DNA of 50,759 nucleotides, the filler included, from Streblomastix strix (taxonomy: Eukaryota): NCBI GenBank assembly GCA_008636045.1. It is 3 parts of 3 records of this genome, joined end to end, with 100 filler letters (N's around TTAATTAATTAA, not from the genome) between each part and the next. Parts side by side here need not be neighbours in the genome. Positions count along the whole stretch, not along the records: positions 33,913 to 50,759 come from SNRW01000762.1; 2 more parts are not named here. One strand, 5' to 3'. Of the stretch, positions 36,792-49,371 are shown in pieces (positions within the stretch are counted from its first letter, which is position 1; every line of letters begins with the position of its first letter). The notes under the pieces were generated by a model that worked only from the letters and a program-made list of their open reading frames with translations, did not search any database and was not told where the DNA came from. A program made the translations under genes and the position numbers.

Positions 36792-39700
36792 TCATGATAA
36801 TGTAATCAGATGTTGAATAATAATTTTTTCTTCAGAATTCAAACTCTCTTAAACTTGAACAAATTATAAATGATCATTCTGCGAAAATCTTTAAATCCAC
36901 TATTTACAAATTAATAACAAAGAATTTGAATTACTTTCATTGTTTATGCCATTATGATTAAGAGATAGTACTGAACTAAGAACTTTCAACAATGAACAAT
37001 CGAATTGCGATTATGTGCATCCAATATATGTAGCCTATTAGAATTAAAAATAAATAAATAAATAAGAATAAAGAAAAATAATTAATAATTATTAATTTGG
37101 ATAATTAATATAATGAATCAAACCAGATTAAAGTTACATGAAATAAGTCTGAATAGAAATGTGATGGCTGAAGCATTTTCTTCTGAATCTGCTTTTAAAG
37201 GAAGAGATGCAATTACACATTTCAATAATATAATCATATCATTCTCAGATACAACAATATCATGTAATGTATTATGAATTGATGTTATACTATGATTGCA
37301 TTATTATACAAGAGATGAAGAAGGAGTATTTAAAGGTAGTGGAAGTTGAGTAGGTGTATTAGCTCTAATACCATTTGATAGGAGTGTATGTGGAATAATT
37401 GCACTGCCAATGCGAGAAAGACATCCAATTATATTATCCCTCACTTCACTATTATTTTCATTTTCAATCTGCATCTGTTATACAAATGATGTAAGTAGCT
37501 TTGACGTTCTTTAATATACTGAACTCTATAATACTGACAATAATTATGAAGATGCCATTTAATGCAGTTATTGAAGTGTTTCTTTTATAATTTATTATTT
37601 CTTTTTATTTTTCATCTTTTTCTTTCCTGTTAAACCACCATTTGCAATTATTATATTATTAGCAATAAGTTTGGCTACTCCAACAGCAGAATATGAAAAC
37701 AATGATTTCTCAATTGATATCTCAGACAGAACTCCTAAAGTATAGAAGCAAGTCTTCCTTAGTATCCAAGATCCTTATTAAGATCTTCTATATCTCAATG
37801 CTTCTCTAAAAATAGTCCTGAAGTCTTCATAAGGAGTAACTTGACTTATCAATGATCCTCCTTTTTGTATCCAAATTGCACATACTCCCAAATATGCTTC
37901 TACAACCTCTGTATTCTTCCTTTTATATATTTTCTCATCTTCAATGTTCCTTTATTTTATATTCTATTCCTGTTCATCATTCATTTCTTCTATTATTCCA
38001 TCTTCTGCTTCTTATTCATCTTTATCCAATTAGTCTTATAGATCAGCTGGATCTACTTCATCATCTTCATATGGATCTAATAATCTATTTAATTCTCTCT
38101 TTATAAATATTCTTTATTATTCGTTTTATTCTTTATCTAGATCTATTTATTATTGTCCTTCTTCTTCTTCATCATCATCTTCTTCTTCTTTATTATCTTC
38201 CTTATGTCTGAAGAAATCAATGAATCTTTCTAAAAGTGAAGGCCACATTCTCTGTAATATAACTGGAGGAAGTTCAGATCCCAAAGTGTCCAATAATTCT
38301 GCAATATAATCAATAAGTGTATCAGATGGATCTCCATCTTCATCTTCATCTTCTCCATTCATATTCTATTCATTATTATCTTTTATATTCGTATCATCAT
38401 TTGAAGATTATTATATTCTATATCCATTTTCTGATCTTGTGTTGTGTTTCTTCTATTTCTATTCATTTGATCCAAACCAATCTCCATGAAGATCAGATTA
38501 TAAATGTTTACCTTCTTTTCTTCTATTAATGTTATTTGTATCTTCTTCATCAGCATCACTCAATTCATCTGCATTTATTATTAATCCTCTTCTTTCTTTA
38601 TTTTTATTATTTATTTGTCCCTTATCTATTTTCATTCCTTATTAATCTTCTTCTTCATCTTCATCATCATCATCATCAATACTATTAATATCTTCATTTT
38701 AACACTCTCCTTCTCCATCAATGAATTTATTGCATATATTAATAATATCTTCAAGAAGAGATTATTATTAGACTTATTTCTATTCATTTATTATTCCTTA
38801 TTATTGTTATTATTAATCAAATTAATTAATACCAGTCTTTTATTCTGAAACCTTATTAATAGATGTTAATATTGCTTCTGTAATGTAATTTTCAATATTA
38901 TCATTGAATATTAATTCTCCACTTGTTTATTATTATAATAATAATTAAATTCTTTATTAAACATTTGGAATATATTCAGAATCTATAAATACCATCTTTC
39001 CAACAATGTCAATAATCTCACCAATTGACCCAATTGCTTCAATAACAACTTCTTTTGATTTATCCTTCTAAATTAGATCAATTAATTATTTAATTGATTC
39101 TCTTCCAACTTAATGTAATCTAACAGACGGGAATGGAGCTAATCTAATCATTTATTCTTATTTAGAATGTTATTATATTTAATTAGGTTATTATTGTTCA
39201 CTCTATGATGGAACAGTAGGTGCAATAACTCCTTCACACACTGCAGTTGCAAATACAATTTATTCCATTGTCTTTGCAGCTTATGATCTAATATCTTCAT
39301 GTGGATATCTCATACAGAATAAAGTAGCTTAATAACTCTACTCAAGATATGGAGCAAAAGGTCTTCCTGCATTCCTTGCTATATATCCTAGATTGAATAT
39401 AGCTGATGATCTCATTTCTAATTGTGATGTATTCACCTATAATTCAGCTAATACTCCATTATCTAAAGGTATGACATCACATTATTCAATCTAACTTTAT
39501 TATAATGGTAATTATTATTATTATTATTATTATTCTTATTAAGCAAATGGATTTTATAATGAAGTTGATTATTAATTTGCTTTCTATAGAACAAGTCCAT
39601 CATACATAATCTAATTGGGTGTTATAATAGATTGAGCTTCAGGTTTATTCTCCAACAATGCAGCTGTATTATTAGAATCTTCTAGAAGTTAATCTATCTA

Positions 39701-41959
39701 TATTCCACCTAATGCATCATTATCTTATTAATTCATATTCTGTGATCCTATTAACTATTAGATATTACTATTATTGTCTGATCTTCCATCTGCTGTTAAT
39801 ATCCTTGTGAATTATACATCTGAGTTTATCATACAAGCTTAAAGTATATGCTACATTACTCCCTATAATATGGACTATCCATCTTCTCCATATAACTCAA
39901 ATACTGCACAGAAATATGAATATGTGAATTCTTTCACTTCCTCATTATCAATCTAAGTCAGATTACTAACAGCTAACTCATTGAACTTAGAAAGATAAGG
40001 ATTGAATTAATCTCTTCCAACCTTCTTGGCTATTGCAGCTACAAGGGATGTTGATTATGCTCTTAATGAATATACATTTGGAGTATAGGTCTAATTAGAT
40101 CTCTATGTTAGTTAGGATTATATATCAGTTACTTGTTATTAATTTGAATCGAAGTAATGAAGTGAGAATTGCATCAGATTCTGAAGAAGAGGAATTACTG
40201 ATTCTTTTGTAGTTGATTCAACAGCTGTAATCATCACTCCTAATAATTCCTATGATACTGATAGTGGGGGTTTCCTCTATTCCATTATAACTGCTAATCC
40301 TTATATTAGTAATCCCAGTTATTGTGCAATATCTTATTCATTAGCTATATCTAGTAGTTACTTTAATGCCTAACATGCTGCAATTGATACTTATATTGCA
40401 TTCACACTGTATTCATTGGTTATAATTGATGTATCAGATTAATCATTCTTTGTTGTGAATCCTAAAGTTGGTTAAGTGAGTAAGTAGCATATATTAGGGA
40501 ATATATGATTGTATAGGTCAGATGCCTTGTTTTAGATAAGATCAATCATATTAACAACAGTAACACAGGCTAAGAAGCGCATTTTGGGATGTATTTCATT
40601 CTTCATTATAGAAGAGAGTAGTTATCCAATAGACAATCTATGCTTCTTTATATTCTTCTTACATCCTGAGCATAATGATGCTAATATTGATAATGCTCCA
40701 TGTCTCACCCATATTCCATTCAAACTATTCATTTATTCAGTAGAAGTATTAGTGATACTCTATTATATACCATCTTATCTGAATATCTATTAATTATTGG
40801 TATTCCCATATTAAAAGCATTGAGAAAGAAGAGGAATAACTCTTTTGAATATTGTTCCTTCACCCAAATATTGTATCAGTGTCTATATTACTCTTGATAC
40901 TGACCTACCCATTGTTAATTCATCACTATCTATATCACTGAATATATATTCTTCATTACTAACAATCCATTACATATCTTTATCCTATTATAATTATTCA
41001 CATTCATCTTCTTTAGTAGATGCTACTTATAATAAGTCTTTTAATAATGAATCAAGTAATATAGATCCTTTCTATAGAAGCTTCCCTTATTATGTCTATC
41101 CACACCACGAGAAGAAATCCAATGCATTATCCTTAGTCTGAACTGATAATAATTCATTCTTAACAATACGTGTGAATAGCAAATAGGATTATTGGAAAAA
41201 TTAATCTTTCTTATTTTTAGAATAATTCATATTTTGATATTAAGGAAGCACATTGAATGAAGCAACTGCAGCATCTTCTTCTCCAACTGATAAAAGCTTT
41301 TCAATGGCCTGAATAATAAAAGGGAAAACTTCCTCCATCACATCGAGTTCCTTCTGCTTCTTTGTATGAGAGAGAAACTCAAGACAAAGACGGAGACAAG
41401 CTTTCATTATAGGAGCATCAACACTTAGCATACCAACGCCTATGGCTCTTACAAAAGGAGCATGCAGTTGCATTTTACAATCTTCTACATCAAGCAGCGA
41501 AGCAATTAATACTATGGCGACCTACTTATTCTAAAGAGAGGATTCATTCGTGGTTGTATTATTTGTGACTATCTCTTTCAAGAAGTTAATTAGTATATCA
41601 ACATCTTTCAATGCAGGGTTAAGGTGATATATTGTTGTTAATAATTCTGCTATGCCACGCAGCACGCCGAAATCAGTCTCATTAATGATTCTTGCCTTCA
41701 TGGTCTCAGCAAATCCTGTTCGTGTGTTTAAATCGAAATTTTTCCAGTGAATAAATATAGCCTATCTGAGAAGTGTGCAAGAAAGGTGTCTAATTGGTGC
41801 ATCTGGCTGCTCTGTGAGCACTTGGAGCAGAACGAAACATGCAGCCTAATTTTTCAGGAATTCGTTGAAGAACTGACGAGCTTAGTCAAGCAAACTGTTG
41901 TCAGGAGTAAGTGCATTCCGTAATTGTTGTAGTATAGTTGCTGCTGCGTTCGGATCCAT
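36792..41959 (-). CDS. Importin-beta family karyopherin, importin-4/Kap123-like (mirror copy)
   Basis: Reverse complement of 42713-47880. Confidence 0.7.
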
Positions 41960-42192
41960 CACAATCAATCAACTTGGCGTCACGATATTTTCGAGATTAA
42001 TTAATTCTTTAAAATATAATATAATTTTAAATTTTAAATAAATCTTTTCAGAACAAACATTTAAACATTCACATTAAAAATTAGTGCTTTTCAAATAATT
42101 TTTAAACAGCTAGCGGCAAAATGATGAATATCAAGCTTTAAAAGGTTTAAAAACAAAATAATTGTAACAATTGATATATTTTATTTATATTT

Positions 42193-42551
42193 TCAGCCTT
42201 TATCAGTTCTTCTTCGGACAATTCGTCTAATCGAACTTTCAAATGAAATGTATACGACGCCTAAATGAGCCGCAACAAGTCGCGCCAGCGTTGTTTTCCC
42301 AGATTACGGTGGTCCGATTACAGTGTAGCAGAATGGCCGCAATTGTGCATCTATCAAAGTAGTTCCATCAATACTCGGATCAAACACAGCTAGAAAGCAC
42401 AAAGTTCAAACAAAAGAAAAGAAAAAAAGAAATTCGTGTACCTGGCTCTTGCAAAGCAGAACGAACTGATAAAGGCTGAAAATATAAATAAAATATATCA
42501 ATTGTTACAATTATTTTGTTTTTAAACCTTTTAAAGCTTGATATTCATCAT
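42193..42551 (-). CDS. 5' fragment of an adenylate kinase 9-like P-loop kinase gene, truncated at the palindrome junction
   Basis: Exons 42551-42528, 42475-42442 and 42389-42210, with two 52-nt GT-AG introns: MMNIKLQKPLSVRSALQEPAVFDPSIDGTTLIDAQLRPFCYTVIGPPQSGKTTLARLVAAHLGVVYISFESSIRRIVRR. It then runs into the inverted arm and stops after RTDKG. Walker A motif GPPQSGKT. Confidence 0.75.
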
Positions 42552-42712
42552 TTTGCCGCTAGCTGTTTAAAAATTATTTGAAAAGCACTAATTTTTAATG
42601 TGAATGTTTAAATGTTTGTTCTGAAAAGATTTATTTAAAATTTAAAATTATATTATATTTTAAAGAATTAATTAATCTCGAAAATATCGTGACGCCAAGT
42701 TGATTGATTGTG

Positions 42713-45700
42713 ATGGATCCGAACGCAGCAGCAACTATACTACAACAATTACGGAATGCACTTACTCCTGACAACAGTTTGCTTGACTAAGCTCGTCAGT
42801 TCTTCAACGAATTCCTGAAAAATTAGGCTGCATGTTTCGTTCTGCTCCAAGTGCTCACAGAGCAGCCAGATGCACCAATTAGACACCTTTCTTGCACACT
42901 TCTCAGATAGGCTATATTTATTCACTGGAAAAATTTCGATTTAAACACACGAACAGGATTTGCTGAGACCATGAAGGCAAGAATCATTAATGAGACTGAT
43001 TTCGGCGTGCTGCGTGGCATAGCAGAATTATTAACAACAATATATCACCTTAACCCTGCATTGAAAGATGTTGATATACTAATTAACTTCTTGAAAGAGA
43101 TAGTCACAAATAATACAACCACGAATGAATCCTCTCTTTAGAATAAGTAGGTCGCCATAGTATTAATTGCTTCGCTGCTTGATGTAGAAGATTGTAAAAT
43201 GCAACTGCATGCTCCTTTTGTAAGAGCCATAGGCGTTGGTATGCTAAGTGTTGATGCTCCTATAATGAAAGCTTGTCTCCGTCTTTGTCTTGAGTTTCTC
43301 TCTCATACAAAGAAGCAGAAGGAACTCGATGTGATGGAGGAAGTTTTCCCTTTTATTATTCAGGCCATTGAAAAGCTTTTATCAGTTGGAGAAGAAGATG
43401 CTGCAGTTGCTTCATTCAATGTGCTTCCTTAATATCAAAATATGAATTATTCTAAAAATAAGAAAGATTAATTTTTCCAATAATCCTATTTGCTATTCAC
43501 ACGTATTGTTAAGAATGAATTATTATCAGTTCAGACTAAGGATAATGCATTGGATTTCTTCTCGTGGTGTGGATAGACATAATAAGGGAAGCTTCTATAG
43601 AAAGGATCTATATTACTTGATTCATTATTAAAAGACTTATTATAAGTAGCATCTACTAAAGAAGATGAATGTGAATAATTATAATAGGATAAAGATATGT
43701 AATGGATTGTTAGTAATGAAGAATATATATTCAGTGATATAGATAGTGATGAATTAACAATGGGTAGGTCAGTATCAAGAGTAATATAGACACTGATACA
43801 ATATTTGGGTGAAGGAACAATATTCAAAAGAGTTATTCCTCTTCTTTCTCAATGCTTTTAATATGGGAATACCAATAATTAATAGATATTCAGATAAGAT
43901 GGTATATAATAGAGTATCACTAATACTTCTACTGAATAAATGAATAGTTTGAATGGAATATGGGTGAGACATGGAGCATTATCAATATTAGCATCATTAT
44001 GCTCAGGATGTAAGAAGAATATAAAGAAGCATAGATTGTCTATTGGATAACTACTCTCTTCTATAATGAAGAATGAAATACATCCCAAAATGCGCTTCTT
44101 AGCCTGTGTTACTGTTGTTAATATGATTGATCTTATCTAAAACAAGGCATCTGACCTATACAATCATATATTCCCTAATATATGCTACTTACTCACTTAA
44201 CCAACTTTAGGATTCACAACAAAGAATGATTAATCTGATACATCAATTATAACCAATGAATACAGTGTGAATGCAATATAAGTATCAATTGCAGCATGTT
44301 AGGCATTAAAGTAACTACTAGATATAGCTAATGAATAAGATATTGCACAATAACTGGGATTACTAATATAAGGATTAGCAGTTATAATGGAATAGAGGAA
44401 ACCCCCACTATCAGTATCATAGGAATTATTAGGAGTGATGATTACAGCTGTTGAATCAACTACAAAAGAATCAGTAATTCCTCTTCTTCAGAATCTGATG
44501 CAATTCTCACTTCATTACTTCGATTCAAATTAATAACAAGTAACTGATATATAATCCTAACTAACATAGAGATCTAATTAGACCTATACTCCAAATGTAT
44601 ATTCATTAAGAGCATAATCAACATCCCTTGTAGCTGCAATAGCCAAGAAGGTTGGAAGAGATTAATTCAATCCTTATCTTTCTAAGTTCAATGAGTTAGC
44701 TGTTAGTAATCTGACTTAGATTGATAATGAGGAAGTGAAAGAATTCACATATTCATATTTCTGTGCAGTATTTGAGTTATATGGAGAAGATGGATAGTCC
44801 ATATTATAGGGAGTAATGTAGCATATACTTTAAGCTTGTATGATAAACTCAGATGTATAATTCACAAGGATATTAACAGCAGATGGAAGATCAGACAATA
44901 ATAGTAATATCTAATAGTTAATAGGATCACAGAATATGAATTAATAAGATAATGATGCATTAGGTGGAATATAGATAGATTAACTTCTAGAAGATTCTAA
45001 TAATACAGCTGCATTGTTGGAGAATAAACCTGAAGCTCAATCTATTATAACACCCAATTAGATTATGTATGATGGACTTGTTCTATAGAAAGCAAATTAA
45101 TAATCAACTTCATTATAAAATCCATTTGCTTAATAAGAATAATAATAATAATAATAATAATTACCATTATAATAAAGTTAGATTGAATAATGTGATGTCA
45201 TACCTTTAGATAATGGAGTATTAGCTGAATTATAGGTGAATACATCACAATTAGAAATGAGATCATCAGCTATATTCAATCTAGGATATATAGCAAGGAA
45301 TGCAGGAAGACCTTTTGCTCCATATCTTGAGTAGAGTTATTAAGCTACTTTATTCTGTATGAGATATCCACATGAAGATATTAGATCATAAGCTGCAAAG
45401 ACAATGGAATAAATTGTATTTGCAACTGCAGTGTGTGAAGGAGTTATTGCACCTACTGTTCCATCATAGAGTGAACAATAATAACCTAATTAAATATAAT
45501 AACATTCTAAATAAGAATAAATGATTAGATTAGCTCCATTCCCGTCTGTTAGATTACATTAAGTTGGAAGAGAATCAATTAAATAATTAATTGATCTAAT
45601 TTAGAAGGATAAATCAAAAGAAGTTGTTATTGAAGCAATTGGGTCAATTGGTGAGATTATTGACATTGTTGGAAAGATGGTATTTATAGATTCTGAATAT

Positions 45701-47880
45701 ATTCCAAATGTTTAATAAAGAATTTAATTATTATTATAATAATAAACAAGTGGAGAATTAATATTCAATGATAATATTGAAAATTACATTACAGAAGCAA
45801 TATTAACATCTATTAATAAGGTTTCAGAATAAAAGACTGGTATTAATTAATTTGATTAATAATAACAATAATAAGGAATAATAAATGAATAGAAATAAGT
45901 CTAATAATAATCTCTTCTTGAAGATATTATTAATATATGCAATAAATTCATTGATGGAGAAGGAGAGTGTTAAAATGAAGATATTAATAGTATTGATGAT
46001 GATGATGATGAAGATGAAGAAGAAGATTAATAAGGAATGAAAATAGATAAGGGACAAATAAATAATAAAAATAAAGAAAGAAGAGGATTAATAATAAATG
46101 CAGATGAATTGAGTGATGCTGATGAAGAAGATACAAATAACATTAATAGAAGAAAAGAAGGTAAACATTTATAATCTGATCTTCATGGAGATTGGTTTGG
46201 ATCAAATGAATAGAAATAGAAGAAACACAACACAAGATCAGAAAATGGATATAGAATATAATAATCTTCAAATGATGATACGAATATAAAAGATAATAAT
46301 GAATAGAATATGAATGGAGAAGATGAAGATGAAGATGGAGATCCATCTGATACACTTATTGATTATATTGCAGAATTATTGGACACTTTGGGATCTGAAC
46401 TTCCTCCAGTTATATTACAGAGAATGTGGCCTTCACTTTTAGAAAGATTCATTGATTTCTTCAGACATAAGGAAGATAATAAAGAAGAAGAAGATGATGA
46501 TGAAGAAGAAGAAGGACAATAATAAATAGATCTAGATAAAGAATAAAACGAATAATAAAGAATATTTATAAAGAGAGAATTAAATAGATTATTAGATCCA
46601 TATGAAGATGATGAAGTAGATCCAGCTGATCTATAAGACTAATTGGATAAAGATGAATAAGAAGCAGAAGATGGAATAATAGAAGAAATGAATGATGAAC
46701 AGGAATAGAATATAAAATAAAGGAACATTGAAGATGAGAAAATATATAAAAGGAAGAATACAGAGGTTGTAGAAGCATATTTGGGAGTATGTGCAATTTG
46801 GATACAAAAAGGAGGATCATTGATAAGTCAAGTTACTCCTTATGAAGACTTCAGGACTATTTTTAGAGAAGCATTGAGATATAGAAGATCTTAATAAGGA
46901 TCTTGGATACTAAGGAAGACTTGCTTCTATACTTTAGGAGTTCTGTCTGAGATATCAATTGAGAAATCATTGTTTTCATATTCTGCTGTTGGAGTAGCCA
47001 AACTTATTGCTAATAATATAATAATTGCAAATGGTGGTTTAACAGGAAAGAAAAAGATGAAAAATAAAAAGAAATAATAAATTATAAAAGAAACACTTCA
47101 ATAACTGCATTAAATGGCATCTTCATAATTATTGTCAGTATTATAGAGTTCAGTATATTAAAGAACGTCAAAGCTACTTACATCATTTGTATAACAGATG
47201 CAGATTGAAAATGAAAATAATAGTGAAGTGAGGGATAATATAATTGGATGTCTTTCTCGCATTGGCAGTGCAATTATTCCACATACACTCCTATCAAATG
47301 GTATTAGAGCTAATACACCTACTCAACTTCCACTACCTTTAAATACTCCTTCTTCATCTCTTGTATAATAATGCAATCATAGTATAACATCAATTCATAA
47401 TACATTACATGATATTGTTGTATCTGAGAATGATATGATTATATTATTGAAATGTGTAATTGCATCTCTTCCTTTAAAAGCAGATTCAGAAGAAAATGCT
47501 TCAGCCATCACATTTCTATTCAGACTTATTTCATGTAACTTTAATCTGGTTTGATTCATTATATTAATTATCCAAATTAATAATTATTAATTATTTTTCT
47601 TTATTCTTATTTATTTATTTATTTTTAATTCTAATAGGCTACATATATTGGATGCACATAATCGCAATTCGATTGTTCATTGTTGAAAGTTCTTAGTTCA
47701 GTACTATCTCTTAATCATAATGGCATAAACAATGAAAGTAATTCAAATTCTTTGTTATTAATTTGTAAATAGTGGATTTAAAGATTTTCGCAGAATGATC
47801 ATTTATAATTTGTTCAAGTTTAAGAGAGTTTGAATTCTGAAGAAAAAATTATTATTCAACATCTGATTACATTATCATGA
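42713..47880 (+). CDS. Importin-beta family karyopherin, importin-4/Kap123-like, about 1690 aa with acidic/Gln insertions
   Basis: IBN_N-like start (QLRNALTPDNSLLDQARQFF...IRHLSCTLLRQAIFIHW), then HEAT-like WVRHGALSILASLCSGC, PYLEQS...HEDIRS, EVRDNIIGCLSR and LPLKADSEEN. One intron at 47549-47637; TGA at 47878-47880. Confidence 0.8.
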
Positions 47881-49371
47881 TAATTTTTAAATTAAGAGTG
47901 TTTTTGTTATTTTTTTTTATTTATTATATGTATATGTTAGCTTGATTTAAATTGTTACTAATTAATAATATATATATAAATCACAAGAAAAAAAATAAAA
48001 AATAAATTCATTAATAACGTAATAAAATAAATATCAAATTAATAATCGATAATTTGATTTTCAAAATATTTATTTAATTATGGTTTTTATAATAATTAAA
48101 TTATATGAAAATAAAATATAATGTATACAATTTTATCGAAATTAAACCATTTAAGAAAATATTCAGGTACGTTAGTAGATTTGAATTGAACAAATCTAAA
48201 ACATTATTTTCTTCTTTTATCACGGTTTTGATGTATATTGTTATGTATTATTTCTCAATAAATAATAATAGCATCATGAATATCTTATTCATTTATATGT
48301 ATTGGAATTTTTCCAATGAAAATTGGAAGTTAAACATTTTTTTCTACAAAATCATAAAAAATTCGAATAATTGCAATAAAATACCTACTATAGTTGTTTA
48401 ATTTATTTTTTGTCAATTTTGCGTAAAATTATTTTTAGTTGAACCAATAATATTCCAAATATATCGAAGTTCAAAACTTTGAATTAAAATATTTAATTTT
48501 AAATTTTAGTTCACATTTCTTTAATGATGATAATTATATTTTTTTTATTTATAAAATTTATTTAAAAAACTAATTTAAAAAGATGAAAGAAAAATATTAC
48601 TTGACCTGGATTTGAACCTAAGCCGAAATAGATAAAATCCAATAAACAAACTTGATTTATGCTGGTGTAAAAATAATTAAATTGGTAAGGTTATGACAAA
48701 AAAAATCGGATTTTTTTGGCTACATACTGTTCTGAAAATGTATGTCAGCTATTGCAAATTATGGATGGAAGAAAATAAAAATAGAATTTTTTTAATACTA
48801 TTCTAGAAAAAATGAAAATTCTATTTTTGATTAAACTATTGAATTTTTACTAGATACTTATTTCAAATAATTGTTTTAGATATTATTAATACAAGCTATT
48901 TTTTATTTATAAATTATTTTATTATAAATACTAGTATCTTTTAACGTTATCAAAAGTTAAAATCAATTTAATTTTTCTAAAAATTTTAATTCATTTTTCT
49001 AACGAATTTAATCTTACTTTTATTTTTATTTAATTAAATTATACTTACTTTTAATAGTTATTCAAAATTTTATATTTTTTAAATTAATATTATTTTATAT
49101 ATCTTAAAAATCTTAATTATAATTTTTTAATTTTAATATTTCTTTATTTATTTATATTTAATTATATTTTTTTAAAAAAAAATTATCTCATTTTATTAAT
49201 TTATAACAAAATCAATGTTATTTATTATAAATATGCCATAATAAGTCATTTTTATTTTATATCTTTCTTATTTTCCTTTTAATTTATTCAAATTAAACAT
49301 TGTAGTTAATATTTATTCATAATATATTTTATCTAATATTCATATGTATATTTAATAGGATATTCAACAAG

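Larger units (their letters stand above)
33913..42209. repeat. Left arm of 8297-bp inverted repeat (mirror of 42463-50759)
   Basis: The contig starts CCATTTGAA and ends TTCAAATGG. Every ORF pair has coordinates summing to 84672, and identity breaks at 42209/42463. Confidence 0.97.

Noticed and set aside
42210..42462. Spacer as an invertible phase-variation switch or replication origin
   Set aside because: It is explained as exons and an intron of a truncated kinase gene. Only one orientation is coding, and there is no recombinase nearby.
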